Positions 35,701-45,596 of a stretch of DNA of 64,000 nt are shown here, piece after piece; position 1 is the stretch's first letter; every line of letters begins with the position of its first letter. A program made the position numbers and the translations under genes. The notes under the pieces were generated by a model, which made no database searches, had not been told where the DNA came from, and worked only from the letters and a program-made list of their open reading frames with translations. Source of the stretch: an uncultured Bacteroidales bacterium (lineage in GTDB: Bacteria > Bacteroidota > Bacteroidia > Bacteroidales > FEN-979); assembly GCA_903945175.1 (NCBI GenBank), contig CAJAUM010000052.1:1113-65112 (forward strand), read 5' to 3'.

Positions 35701-35810
35701 CTTTGGGCATTCTCAGGCGTTTATCCATGGTTGCAGCAGAAAACAAACAAACGGATCTTGCTGCGAAAATGGATTCTTTGTTCAATTTGAAGATCAAGGG
35801 GTATAATTAG
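32745..35810 (+). CDS. DUF2723-domain membrane protein (PMT-like glycosyltransferase fold)
   Basis: 1021 aa. The N-terminus TIEPTASWWDCGEYISTAFKLQVGHPPGAPLFQMIGRFF is the hallmark of this family. It has about 11 or more TM helices and a large C-terminal soluble region. Confidence 0.8.
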   Translation: MKNFQKLNNIIGWVTFILASTVYMLTIEPTASWWDCGEYISTAFKLQVGHPPGAPLFQMIGRFFSLFAFGDVSKVAMMVNLMSALSSGFTILFLFWTIVLFAKKLVGNEGEMTNGQMFTVFGAAFIGSMAYTFSDTFWFSAVEGEVYAMSSFFTAISFWAIMKWEEVANEKHSYRWLVLISFLMGLAIGVHLLNLLVIPATCMVYYYKKYKPTKVGMLLTFILSIIILAFVMFIIIPWTVELSGKFELLFVNGFGLPFSTGTTIYFMLLIGLIIWGLYYTRKKGKTVLNTILLAFTFIMIGYSSFLMLVIRANSNPPINENAPKDAISLLSYLNREQYGDFPIAYGQYWSAPIVDYGDGKPVYQKDEKSGKYVVVDNRKGTVPIWDQRFTTLFPRMWSNQRKGSSEFYKKWGGAGVPIEVSTGDGKTETRIKPTFGENLKYFFTYQIGHMYIRYFMWNFAGRQNDIQGFGGLEEGNWISGIPFFDKMRLGHDQTNLPDSKQSRAANKYYLLPLILGLIGFFFHVNKDYKGTMIIFLLFLMTGLAILVYLNQQPYEPRERDYAYAASFYAFAIWIGLGIIPLINWLKKKLSENISVIVVFVLTLVLVPGIMAKENWDDHDRSGKYACRDFAANYLNSCGPQGILFTNGDNDTFPLWYDQEVEGIGTDVRVVNLMLASGPWYINQLYQKAYLSEPIPLTLSKEQYQQGTNDILPFYDIGIKGYVELKDMIDFIKSDDPQTFLTLQNGEKMKFFPSKLVKITVDSAACVKYGIVPKHLRGKMVDSIYWKIRTNQLYKNDLMLLDLLASNKWERPLYFAAPSSVNHCVAIDSFCLVQGWVYQFMPVKADSGDYIQGMGGVDAQTSYDIMKNKCAWGNLNDPKVYVDPESLNNSVRPKTNIMRVAQSLLSEGKKTEAIELLDLYLKYFPDSKVPYDMYMLPYAEIYYKAGASEKANMLIERVAKIYSQNLDYYNSFSSGHTQYFEQDVQTSLGILRRLSMVAAENKQTDLAAKMDSLFNLKIKGYN

Positions 35811-35848
35811 AAGGTAGGATTTGTCATTGGTTAATCGATCGTGCAGCT

Positions 35849-36655
35849 ATGCTAATATCATCAATAATCTGGAATCCAAGTCCCGAGATTTTTCAAATCG
35901 GTAATTTTGCCATCCGGTGGTATGGGTTGTTTTTTGCTCTTGGGTTTCTCTTCGGGTACCTGATCATGCAAAAATTCTTCAACAAGGAGGGCGTTCCAAT
36001 CAAGTTGTTGGATGAACTTACCACCTACATGATCATAGGGACCGTGGTGGGGGCACGCCTTGGACACGTGTTTTTTTATGAACCATCCTGGTACCTCGAG
36101 CATCCCATCAAAATACTGGAAGTTTGGGAAGGTGGATTGGCCAGTCATGGCGCCGCGATCGGGATTATTATTTCCCTGCTCATTTTTTCCTATGTCAGGA
36201 AGAAACCTTTTTTATGGGTTATGGACAGGATCGTTATCGTTACGGCCCTTGCCGGTTTTTTAATTCGAATGGGAAACCTGATGAATTCAGAAATCTACGG
36301 GTTGCCAACCTCCTTGCCGTGGGGGTTTGAATTCGTACGTTCAACAACCCCGTCTGAAGGCCTTATTCCACGACATCCGACCCAGATTTATGAAGGATTA
36401 TGCTATCTGGCAACCTTTTTTGTGCTGTTGCGTTACTATTACAAGAAGGATGGAAAGCCCTCACATGGCTTTTTATTTGGACTTTTCCTCATTCTCATAT
36501 TCGGGGTGCGGATCCTGATTGAATTTGTAAAGGAGCCCCAGGTCGGATTCGAACGTGAATTGACGCTTAATATGGGGCAGATGTTGTCCATCCCGTTTGT
36601 TATAGCAGGGATTATCCTTGTATTCCGTGCTCAAAGAAAGGGCGCTAAGCAATAA
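35849..36655 (+). CDS. lgt: Prolipoprotein diacylglyceryl transferase
   Basis: FAIRWYGLFFALGFLFGY, GGLASHGAAIG, HPTQIYE. Confidence 0.9.
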   Translation: MLISSIIWNPSPEIFQIGNFAIRWYGLFFALGFLFGYLIMQKFFNKEGVPIKLLDELTTYMIIGTVVGARLGHVFFYEPSWYLEHPIKILEVWEGGLASHGAAIGIIISLLIFSYVRKKPFLWVMDRIVIVTALAGFLIRMGNLMNSEIYGLPTSLPWGFEFVRSTTPSEGLIPRHPTQIYEGLCYLATFFVLLRYYYKKDGKPSHGFLFGLFLILIFGVRILIEFVKEPQVGFERELTLNMGQMLSIPFVIAGIILVFRAQRKGAKQ

Positions 36656-36852
36656 TTCTCCAATCTTTTGGACAAATCAATGCTTTTTTTAGGGCATTCG
36701 CCCGAGCATTCGTGCTTATTTAGACCATAATTTACGTTGATTTTTATCCTGGAATACTGAAAAGTTATTCACATTGCTTTACCTTTTATGACCGAACGGG
36801 ATTAACCTTTAAAGTTAATGAATGCAGCCATTGATTCATCGGAAATCAGCGT

Positions 36853-37962
36853 ATGGACAATAAAGTAGATCAATTGATATTTCAGATAGGATTGACGCTT
36901 ATACCAGGGATTGGTGATGTTCTTGGAAAAAAACTTGTTTCGGTATGCGGAAGTGCGGAGGCAATATTTAAAGAATCGCATCACCGCCTGCGGAAGATGC
37001 CCCGGCTTGGCGGATTACTTGTTCAATCGTTAGCAGACAAAGGTATTTTATTGCGGGCTGAGAAAGAGTTGGCTTTTATAGAACGTTACAAGATAAAACC
37101 GCTCTATTTTCAGGATGAAAGTTACCCACACCGGATGAAACAATGTTTTGACAGCCCCATCCTTTTGTTTTATAAAGGAACAGCTGATCTGAATTCACCC
37201 CGCATTATCGGGATTGTCGGCACCCGCCGGGCCACTGAATATGGTAAGATGATCACTCAGGATTTGATTTCAGGATTGATTCAGCAGGATGTAGTTGTGG
37301 TAAGCGGACTGGCTTATGGTATTGACAGCTGCGCACACCGCACATCACTTGAAAAGGGGCTGGAAACTGTTGGGGTGCTGGGGCATGGACTGGATACCCT
37401 TTATCCATGGCTGAACCGGTCGCTGGCTGAAAAAATGGTAAAGCAAGGTGGCCTGATTACGGAGTTCCTCAGTGGGACCAAGCCCGATCGTACCAATTTT
37501 CCCAAGAGAAACAGGATCATTGCAGGCATGTGTGATGCAATAGTTGTTGTTGAAGCTGGAAATAAAGGAGGCGCGCTCATAACGGCCGACATTGCCAATT
37601 CGTATAATCGTGATGTTTTTGCTGTTCCGGGTAGGGTGTATGATCCCTTTTCAGTCGGACCGAATTGGTTGGTGCGGACAAATCGTGCAGCACTGATACA
37701 AAAGGCTGAAGATATTGAATACCTGATGGGGTGGAAGGAGACGGATCATTCAAACCAGGGTTTACAACGAAAGATTTTTATTGAGTTGACTGAGGAGGAG
37801 GATAGAATCGTGAAATTGTTGCAGGGAAAGGGAAATCTGTCCCTTGATGAGATTTGCATCCAGTTGGAAACACCCATGAGCAAGGTGGCCGCTTCATTAC
37901 TCAATCTTGAATTTGAGGGAATAATAAGGTGCCTTCCAGGGAAAATTTATACAATGACCTGA
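36853..37962 (+). CDS. dprA: DNA-processing protein DprA
   Basis: GIVGTRRATEYG...VVVSGLAYGIDSCAH Rossmann-like core, plus a C-terminal winged-helix region. Confidence 0.9.
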   Translation: MDNKVDQLIFQIGLTLIPGIGDVLGKKLVSVCGSAEAIFKESHHRLRKMPRLGGLLVQSLADKGILLRAEKELAFIERYKIKPLYFQDESYPHRMKQCFDSPILLFYKGTADLNSPRIIGIVGTRRATEYGKMITQDLISGLIQQDVVVVSGLAYGIDSCAHRTSLEKGLETVGVLGHGLDTLYPWLNRSLAEKMVKQGGLITEFLSGTKPDRTNFPKRNRIIAGMCDAIVVVEAGNKGGALITADIANSYNRDVFAVPGRVYDPFSVGPNWLVRTNRAALIQKAEDIEYLMGWKETDHSNQGLQRKIFIELTEEEDRIVKLLQGKGNLSLDEICIQLETPMSKVAASLLNLEFEGIIRCLPGKIYTMT

Positions 37963-38028
37963 TCCTTCCCGTCTGTTTGCAATATTTTTATACTTTTACC
38001 GTCATTAGAGATATTTTATTCTGTCAAA

Positions 38029-38937
38029 TTGGAAGGAATCGTTGTTAAATCAACCGGGAGTTGGATCAGGGTGCGTATGCCTGATGGCACTAAACTTGAA
38101 TGTAAATTGAAGGGGCAGTTCAGGGTCATGGATATCAAACATACCAACCCGGTTGCCATTGGTGATCATGTTGAGGTTGAGCAGCTTGCAGGCGATAGCC
38201 ATGGGATGATCACGCACATCAGGGAGCGGGAAAACTATATTATCCGTAAAGCGACCAAATTGTCGAAAGTTTCGCACATCATTGCTGCGAACCTTGATCA
38301 TGCCTACCTGATCGTAACCATGGCCAAACCCCGTACCTCCAATGGGTTTATCGACCGGTTTCTTGTTACTGCTGCGGGATACCACATTCCTGCAAGTTTG
38401 ATTTTCAACAAAATAGATATCTATAATCCAGATTTACTTCAGTCAATGGAGGATTTGATCCCCATCTATGAAAAGGCCGGATATTCGTGTTACCGCGTTT
38501 CGGCCCTGCGTGGAGATGGGGTTGATCGGATCAGGGAACTTTTGCGAGATAAGGTCAGCCTGTTTTCGGGCCATTCAGGAGCCGGAAAGTCGGCGTTGAT
38601 AAAAGCCCTTGACTCGTCATTGACTCCACGCACAGGTACTTTATCTCAGACCCATCAGAAGGGGATGCACACCACCACATTTGCTGAAATGTACGAACTT
38701 TCGAACCGGGGTTTCATTGTTGACACACCGGGCATCAAGGAGTTCGGGTTGATAGACTTTGACAAAACTGAAATTCCGCGATGTTTTCCCGAGATGGAAA
38801 GTCTGCTGCCCTATTGCCAGTACAAAAATTGTTCGCACACGCATGAGCCCGGATGTGCAGTAAAGTCGGGACTTGAGACAGGTGCGGTAAGTTGGCTGCG
38901 CTATAATTCATATCTTAGCATTCTCAATGATAGCTAA
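38029..38937 (+). CDS. rsgA: Ribosome small-subunit-dependent GTPase A
   Basis: TTG start per the track. OB fold, then a circularly permuted GTPase (NKIDI..., GHSGAGKSALI, DTPGIKEF), then a Zn knuckle CxxxxCxHxxxxxC (CQYKNCSHTHEPGC). Confidence 0.9.
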   Translation: MEGIVVKSTGSWIRVRMPDGTKLECKLKGQFRVMDIKHTNPVAIGDHVEVEQLAGDSHGMITHIRERENYIIRKATKLSKVSHIIAANLDHAYLIVTMAKPRTSNGFIDRFLVTAAGYHIPASLIFNKIDIYNPDLLQSMEDLIPIYEKAGYSCYRVSALRGDGVDRIRELLRDKVSLFSGHSGAGKSALIKALDSSLTPRTGTLSQTHQKGMHTTTFAEMYELSNRGFIVDTPGIKEFGLIDFDKTEIPRCFPEMESLLPYCQYKNCSHTHEPGCAVKSGLETGAVSWLRYNSYLSILNDS

Positions 38938-39592
38938 ACAACTGATCACCGATTCAATAATACCGCTGAAGAGCTCGGATACCGGCGCTTTTGCCATCTC
39001 CCAGATGGAAGAGCAGCGATGCTCCCATCTGCCGATTGTCAATGGTGCTGAGTTTCTTGGCCTGATCTCTGATGCAGAAATTGTGGCGCAGCAGGAACCG
39101 GAGATGGAGGTTGGTCAATATAAGCTTTCCCTGATTCTTGCCTATATTTCAGAAAATCAGCATTTATATGAAGTAATCAATCTGTTTTCAACATTGCACT
39201 TAACCATGCTGCCGGTTTTGAATGACAAAAACCAGTACCTGGGGGCAATTGCCCTGCCAACCCTGGTGGAACACCTGGGAAACATGGCTGCTCTTCGCAA
39301 TCCGGGCGGTATCATTGTGCTTGAGGTCAACGAAAAGGACTATACCCTTGCTGAAATTGCCCACATCGTTGAATCGAATGATGCAAAAGTTTTGAGTTTG
39401 TATCTGACCTCTTTTCCTGATTCTACCAAACTTGAAATTACCATAAAAATAAACCGGATTGACATCGGTCCGATCCTTCAGACTTTTTTCAGATTCAACT
39501 ACATGGTCAAGGCATCCTGGTCCAAGGAAGATGCCTACAGTGAGGGGCTTCAGGACCGGTTTGATGCCTTGATGAATTATCTCAGCATATAA
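38927..39592 (+). CDS. CBS-domain pair protein
   Basis: Two CBS-like units (HLPIVNGAEFLGLIS, MLPVLNDKNQYLGAI) plus a C-terminal ACT-like region. It overlaps rsgA by 11 nt. Confidence 0.65.
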   Translation: MIAKQLITDSIIPLKSSDTGAFAISQMEEQRCSHLPIVNGAEFLGLISDAEIVAQQEPEMEVGQYKLSLILAYISENQHLYEVINLFSTLHLTMLPVLNDKNQYLGAIALPTLVEHLGNMAALRNPGGIIVLEVNEKDYTLAEIAHIVESNDAKVLSLYLTSFPDSTKLEITIKINRIDIGPILQTFFRFNYMVKASWSKEDAYSEGLQDRFDALMNYLSI

Positions 39593-39681
39593 CAGACATC
39601 CTGCATCTCCCCGGCGAATGCATTGAACAAAAATTTGCCGTATCTTTGCACCCTGATTTCAAAAAAATAGAGCAAATTGTC

Positions 39682-40575
39682 ATGAGAATCGCGATGTTTG
39701 GTAAAAATGTTGCCGAAGAATCTGTCCTGTTCATACAGGAGCTGGTTGACGAGTTGCAAAACAACGAAGGGGTCATTTTTGTATATAAACCTTTCTTTGA
39801 ATGCCTCCAGGGCAAGATTGTATTTACGCTTCAACCCAATTTATTCACCAAGCAGCAGGAGATTGCGAACAAAGTCGATTATTTGTTTTCGATCGGAGGA
39901 GACGGAACCATCCTGGATTCAGTTATGCTGGTAGGCGATTCTGGCATCCCCGTGACAGGCATCAACCTTGGCCGGCTTGGTTTTTTATCCAGTATATCAA
40001 AAGAACATATTATACCTGCAATAAAGGCCATTCAAAATGGCCAGTACCTGATAGAAGAGCGGACACTCCTGCAACTCGATTCACCTGGTGGCCTTTTTGG
40101 TCCGACCAATTATGCGATGAATGAATTGACGGTTTTCAAACCCAATGTGATGTCGATGCTTACCATCAAGACATGGATCAATGGAGCCTTTTTAAACGCC
40201 TATTGGGCTGATGGATTAATTGTTGCAACGCCGACAGGCTCAACGGCCTATTCGCTAAGCTGTACGGGTCCAATCATTACACCGGATTCGGAAAATTTCC
40301 TGATTACCCCGATTGCGAGCCACAACCTTACAGTAAGGCCAATTGTAATCAGGGACGACAGTGAAATTAAAATTCGTGTTGAAGGAAAAGGTCCCCATTT
40401 CCTGCTGAGCCTCGATTCTCGCATCGCTACTGTTGATCATGCTGTTGAACTCATTATTCGAAAGGCAAGTTTTAAGATCAATCTGCTCCGTATGATCGAT
40501 AAAAATTTCTTTCAGACCATTCGGGAAAAACTAAACTGGGGATTGGATAACCGGAATTGGCACAATAATGTCTAA
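39682..40575 (+). CDS. nadK: NAD kinase
   Basis: Start trimmed to ATG 39682 (MRIAMFGKN). GGDGTILD motif, NLGRLGFL, TPTGSTAYSLS. Confidence 0.9.
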   Translation: MRIAMFGKNVAEESVLFIQELVDELQNNEGVIFVYKPFFECLQGKIVFTLQPNLFTKQQEIANKVDYLFSIGGDGTILDSVMLVGDSGIPVTGINLGRLGFLSSISKEHIIPAIKAIQNGQYLIEERTLLQLDSPGGLFGPTNYAMNELTVFKPNVMSMLTIKTWINGAFLNAYWADGLIVATPTGSTAYSLSCTGPIITPDSENFLITPIASHNLTVRPIVIRDDSEIKIRVEGKGPHFLLSLDSRIATVDHAVELIIRKASFKINLLRMIDKNFFQTIREKLNWGLDNRNWHNNV

Positions 40576-40669
40576 ATATCATTGCAGTTTTCAAATAAAA
40601 TCGTGAATTGAGCGTTAATCTGAGTTGTTGAAAAGAATTATTAAAATCGAAAAAGGAAATCCAAAGATC

Positions 40670-41458
40670 ATGTTACAGGCTATGAGGAGACCAATATTCC
40701 TGATTGGCTTCTTTGTTTTACTATTAAACTCAGTTAAGTCGCAGGATTTGGATGTGGGTTTGACAGGAGGTGGAATGTATTATTTAGGAGATTTGAATCC
40801 CGGAAAGCATTTTTTAAATACGCAGGTTACCTATGGACTACTGGTTCGTTATAACATTGATACCCGTTGGTCGGTAAAGCTAAGTGGCACAATGGGCTCA
40901 GTAAAAGGCGATGCTTCCCAGTCCACTTTTCTGCCCGACAGAGGGCTGTCTTTTTCAAGCAAGGTAACTGATATTGCCGCCGTTGCGGAATTTAATTTCC
41001 TGCCTTACTTTACCGGTAGCCGAAGGAACCGAATATCGCCGTATATTTACGCCGGTTTTTCCGTGTTCTTTTTTAATCCCATTTCCGGAGGTGTTCAATT
41101 GAGAGATATGGGAACAGAAGGGCAAACCACACCTTATGCTTCATTTAACTTTTCCATTCCTTTTGGTCTTGGGGCAAAGTTCAGCCTGGCCAGCAGATTG
41201 GGTATGCAGGTTTATTGGGAGATGCATAAGACCTTTACAGATTACCTGGATGATGTGAGTACCATCTATTATCTGGATGGTCCTAATATTCTTGCAGGAG
41301 ATCAGAAAGGTATGTTGTCGGATCCAACGCGCAACCACGCACCTGGCATGCAGCGTGGAAATGAAAGCAACAATGACTGGTATGCCATGTTTGGCATATC
41401 GATCACATACAAGTTTAACCTTTTGTCGTCAAATAAATGTCGGGATTTGGAACATTGA
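40670..41458 (+). CDS. Outer-membrane beta-barrel protein, DUF6089-like
   Basis: Signal peptide. The position between nadK and uppS is the usual Bacteroidota synteny. Start is 40670 or 40682. Confidence 0.55.
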   Translation: MLQAMRRPIFLIGFFVLLLNSVKSQDLDVGLTGGGMYYLGDLNPGKHFLNTQVTYGLLVRYNIDTRWSVKLSGTMGSVKGDASQSTFLPDRGLSFSSKVTDIAAVAEFNFLPYFTGSRRNRISPYIYAGFSVFFFNPISGGVQLRDMGTEGQTTPYASFNFSIPFGLGAKFSLASRLGMQVYWEMHKTFTDYLDDVSTIYYLDGPNILAGDQKGMLSDPTRNHAPGMQRGNESNNDWYAMFGISITYKFNLLSSNKCRDLEH

Positions 41459-41474
41459 CAGCCGACTATGCTGA

Positions 41475-42242
41475 ATGATGGATTTAAAAGATCAGATCGA
41501 TAAAAAGAGATTACCTGTTCACGTGGCTGTGATCATGGATGGCAATGGCCGTTGGGCCAAGAAGCGTGGTTATGTTCGGACCCTTGGGCATGAAAGGGGG
41601 GTGGAGGCTGTAAGAAATACTGTAGAAGCAGCAGCAGAAACCGGAATCCGGTACCTGACCATGTACGCCTTTTCCACCGAAAACTGGAAACGTCCAAAAT
41701 ATGAGATTGATGCCTTGATGCGGATTTTGGTTAATTCACTTCATGGGGAGATGAAGACCTTGATGAAAAACAACATACGGCTAAAGGCGATTGGCGATTT
41801 GAAGAGTTTGCCGGCCAAAAGTTACCGTGAATTGATGAAGTCAATTGATGAAACATCTCAAAATACCGGATTGACACTGATTCTTGCGTTGAGTTACAGT
41901 GCGCGGTGGGAATTGGTTGAGGCCGCGCGGTCGATGGCACGGAAAATAGCTTCGCAGGAGTTGGATCCTGAACAGATTGATATTCCGACATTTATTGCGC
42001 ATCTGGCTACCGCAGATGTTCCTGATCCGGAGTTATTGATCAGGACAAGCGGTGAATACAGGATCAGTAATTTTCTGCTATGGCAAATCGCTTATACTGA
42101 ACTTTACTTCACCAATACCCTTTGGCCAGATTTTGGAAAGGATGATTTTTATAAAGCCATTCTCGATTTCCAGCAAAGGGAGCGCAGATTTGGACTCACA
42201 AGTGAACAGATCAATGAAATTGAAGGAAAATTACGTAAATAA
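41475..42242 (+). CDS. uppS: Isoprenyl transferase (undecaprenyl-diphosphate synthase)
   Basis: HVAVIMDGNGRWAK, FSTENWKRP, IRTSGEYRISNFLLWQ. Confidence 0.95.
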   Translation: MMDLKDQIDKKRLPVHVAVIMDGNGRWAKKRGYVRTLGHERGVEAVRNTVEAAAETGIRYLTMYAFSTENWKRPKYEIDALMRILVNSLHGEMKTLMKNNIRLKAIGDLKSLPAKSYRELMKSIDETSQNTGLTLILALSYSARWELVEAARSMARKIASQELDPEQIDIPTFIAHLATADVPDPELLIRTSGEYRISNFLLWQIAYTELYFTNTLWPDFGKDDFYKAILDFQQRERRFGLTSEQINEIEGKLRK

Positions 42243-42248
42243 ACCCGG

Positions 42249-44870
42249 ATGAGACTTTGTAACCTGCTGATAATACTATTTTTCCTACTCGTAACACACC
42301 CCCTGTCTGCACAGATTAGTCTTGGAGAGGAGACCATATCCGATTATACCAATCCGAAAGAATACTACATTGGTGGAATGACAGTGAGCGGAGTTAAGTA
42401 TCTGGATGGTAATGTACTGATAATGCTATCAGGGTTGACTGTAGGCGATAAGATGAAAATCCCGGGAGATAAGATTTCACAGGCAGTCAGGAAATTATGG
42501 GAACAGGGTTTATTTGAAGACATCAAGGTGTCGGTCACCAAGGTGGTTGATAACCAGGTTTTTCTTGATTTTTACCTGAAGGAGCGTCCCAGGTTATCAA
42601 AATTTCAGTTCAACGGAATTAAAAAGGCTGATGCGGATGACATCAGGCAAAAGATCCGTTTGATAAAGGGTGATTATGTGACCGATAACATGATCATTAA
42701 AACAAAAAACATCATTCGGAATTTTTACAATGCCAAAGGGTTTTTGAATTGTGAAGTTGAAGTTATTCTGAAGAGGGACAGTGCCACTGCAAATGAGGTG
42801 ACGATGTATATCAACATCGATAAAAATGAGAAGGTTAAGGTTTATAACATTACGATTCACGGGAATAAGAATATCGGATCAGACTTGATTAAGGCCTCCT
42901 TTAAAAAGACCAAGGAAAAGAGTGTTTTCAATCCGATGAACGATTTGGACAAGGTGGTTTACAACACAACCAAGGAGGCCGTGACGATGGATTTTGTTGA
43001 AATCGGAAATGTTATGGGCGACCATGCAGCTGCCAACATCAGGATCCGGATATTTAAGTCCTCGAAATTCATTGATGAGGATTATCAGGCAGATAAATTA
43101 CTCCTGATCTCAAAATACAATAAACTGGGTTACCGTGATGCCAGGATTCTCAGGGATTCAATTTCTAAAAACCCTGATAATACGATCAACATTGACCTGT
43201 GGGTTGAAGAGGGTCACAAATACTATTTAAGAAAAATAGCCTGGGTAGGGAATACGAAATATTCCTCCATGTTTCTTGACCGGATACTCAAGATTAACAA
43301 GGGCGATGTGTATGACAAGGAGGCCCTTGAGGAGGCCCTTACTTACAGCCCAAGCGGTACTGATATTCGATCCCTCTACATGGATGATGGATACCTGTTT
43401 TTTGATGTAGTGCCGGTGGAGACCAGGGTCGAAAATGATTCTATTGATCTTGAGATCAGGATGCATGAAGGCAAGCAGGCCACTGTTAACAAAGTTACCA
43501 TCAAGGGAAATACGAAAACCAATGACAATGTGGCTTTGCGTGAGGTTCAGACCCGGCCGGGACAACTTTTCAGTCGTGACCGCTTGATCCGGTCTCAGCG
43601 TCAGCTTGCGCAGTTGAAATATTTCGATGCAGAAAAACTCAACCCCAATGTTAATCCAAATCCGGAAGATGGCACGGTCGATATCGGATATGATGTTACA
43701 GAAACTTCAGCAGACCAGATAGAGCTTTCAGGAGGTTGGGGTTATGGACGTATCGTGGGGACCCTGGGGTTGTCGTTTAACAATTTTTCATTGCGTAATA
43801 TCACGAATTTAAAGGCCTGGAAGCCTATTCCTGCAGGGGATGGCCAGAAATTAAGTTTAAGGTTCCAGACTTACGGAGCAGGCTATTTCAGCTATAGTTT
43901 CTCTTTTACCGAGCCCTGGCTTGGTGGACGAAAGCCGCTGGCCCTCAGTTTATCCTATTTTCACTCAAGATATACGAACGGATTGGCCAGCAACGATCCA
44001 GGGTATGCGTATTTTAAAATCGATGGTGTCTCGGTGGGTTTGGGAACGCAGTTGCGGTGGCCCGATGATTATTTTTCTCTTTACCAAAGCCTAAACTATA
44101 ACCGGTATAACACCTATAATTATTCTTCGATATTCACCTTCGGGGGAGGGAATGGGGTGTACAATGCATTCAGTTACAGCATTGCACTTTCACGCAATTC
44201 GGTGGATGCTCCCATTTTTGCTCGTAACGGATCAGAGTTTACCGTAACGGCGGAATTGACGCCTCCCTATTCATTATTCCGCGGGGATGTTGATTACAAG
44301 AAAATGTCGCCGATTGACAAATACAAATGGGTTGAGTATTACAAGATAAAATTCAAAGGATCATGGTATATAAACATGATTGACAAACTGGTATTGACAC
44401 CGCGTGTGCAGTTTGGATTTCTTGGGGCCTATAACTATGATCTCGGGGTTACACCGTTTGAGCGTTTTTATCTTGGAGGTGACGGATTATCGGGGTACAA
44501 CAATATGGATGGACGTGAACTGATCGGGATGCGCGGATATGCCAATAACTCTCTTACGCCAAAGTATCCGAATACAATCGGAGGAACTGTTTACACCAGG
44601 TATACCCTCGAACTGCGTTATCCAATTTCTCTTAATCCCAGTGCCACAATTTTCGCACTTGGGTTTGTGGAGGCTGGAAACGACTGGGAACGCTGGACTG
44701 ATTTTAATCCCTTTAACGTGTACCGGTCTGTTGGTGTTGGAGTACGTGTGTTTTTACCGATGTTTGGTTTACTCGGGCTCGATTGGGGGTATGGTCTTGA
44801 TCCTGTACCCGGGGTTCCTGGCGCTGCTGGCGGACAGTTCCATTTCTCGATCAATTCGTCGATAGACTAA
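42249..44870 (+). CDS. bamA: Outer membrane protein assembly factor BamA
   Basis: 873 aa. Signal peptide, POTRA repeats, and a C-terminal Omp85 barrel. Confidence 0.9.
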   Translation: MRLCNLLIILFFLLVTHPLSAQISLGEETISDYTNPKEYYIGGMTVSGVKYLDGNVLIMLSGLTVGDKMKIPGDKISQAVRKLWEQGLFEDIKVSVTKVVDNQVFLDFYLKERPRLSKFQFNGIKKADADDIRQKIRLIKGDYVTDNMIIKTKNIIRNFYNAKGFLNCEVEVILKRDSATANEVTMYINIDKNEKVKVYNITIHGNKNIGSDLIKASFKKTKEKSVFNPMNDLDKVVYNTTKEAVTMDFVEIGNVMGDHAAANIRIRIFKSSKFIDEDYQADKLLLISKYNKLGYRDARILRDSISKNPDNTINIDLWVEEGHKYYLRKIAWVGNTKYSSMFLDRILKINKGDVYDKEALEEALTYSPSGTDIRSLYMDDGYLFFDVVPVETRVENDSIDLEIRMHEGKQATVNKVTIKGNTKTNDNVALREVQTRPGQLFSRDRLIRSQRQLAQLKYFDAEKLNPNVNPNPEDGTVDIGYDVTETSADQIELSGGWGYGRIVGTLGLSFNNFSLRNITNLKAWKPIPAGDGQKLSLRFQTYGAGYFSYSFSFTEPWLGGRKPLALSLSYFHSRYTNGLASNDPGYAYFKIDGVSVGLGTQLRWPDDYFSLYQSLNYNRYNTYNYSSIFTFGGGNGVYNAFSYSIALSRNSVDAPIFARNGSEFTVTAELTPPYSLFRGDVDYKKMSPIDKYKWVEYYKIKFKGSWYINMIDKLVLTPRVQFGFLGAYNYDLGVTPFERFYLGGDGLSGYNNMDGRELIGMRGYANNSLTPKYPNTIGGTVYTRYTLELRYPISLNPSATIFALGFVEAGNDWERWTDFNPFNVYRSVGVGVRVFLPMFGLLGLDWGYGLDPVPGVPGAAGGQFHFSINSSID

Positions 44871-44921
44871 GAATCGGTATTGAACTAGTGAAATTTGGTT
44901 AAATTGATTTAAATTAAAAAT

Positions 44922-45539
44922 ATGAAAAAGCTGATTTTAACCATTATGGCGGTTGTTTTTACAGTGGCCATGTTGCAAGCACAGAAATTTGCTTACGTTG
45001 ATACCCAGTATATTCTTGACAATATTCCTGAGTTTTCAGAGGCGCAGGCACAATTGGACGAATTATCTGTTGTATGGCAGAAGGAGATTGAGTCAAAGTT
45101 TGCAGATATCGATAAAATGTACAAAGATTATCAGGCCCAGGCGATTCTTCTTCCGGAGGACATGAAAAAGAAGAAGGAACAAGAAATTGTTGACAGGGAG
45201 AAAGATGCAAAGAGTTTGCAACGGACCCGCTTTGGGAAGGATGGCGATTTATTTAAAAAGCGCCAGGAACTGGTAAAGCCGATACAGGAGAGGATTTACA
45301 ATGCGATCCAGGAGATTGCCAACAATAATAATTATGCAGTAATTTTTGATAAGGGCGGAAGCCTTACGATGATGTACGCCAATCCCAAGTATGATATCAG
45401 TGATGACGTGCTTGATAATCTTGGTGCAAACCTCAACAACAGGAAGGGCAAGACAAAGCCCGGGAGCTCCTCAACAAGCCCTGATCCAGGGGCAGCGAAA
45501 CCTGCAGGAGGAATTGAATCAAGAGAAACTAAAAAATAA
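44922..45539 (+). CDS. OmpH/Skp-family periplasmic chaperone
   Basis: Signal peptide plus FAYVDTQYIL..., a coiled-coil-rich body, immediately downstream of bamA. Confidence 0.85.
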   Translation: MKKLILTIMAVVFTVAMLQAQKFAYVDTQYILDNIPEFSEAQAQLDELSVVWQKEIESKFADIDKMYKDYQAQAILLPEDMKKKKEQEIVDREKDAKSLQRTRFGKDGDLFKKRQELVKPIQERIYNAIQEIANNNNYAVIFDKGGSLTMMYANPKYDISDDVLDNLGANLNNRKGKTKPGSSSTSPDPGAAKPAGGIESRETKK

Positions 45540-45550
45540 AAAAAAATTCT

Positions 45551-45558
45551 TAATTTTG
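45551..45558 (+). promoter_or_regulatory. -7 box TAATTTTG for the second skp paralog
   Basis: Perfect TAnnTTTG, 39 nt upstream of ATG 45597. Confidence 0.45.
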
Positions 45559-45596
45559 CATCACTTTTTGTAGTATAAACCATTTAATTATTGAAA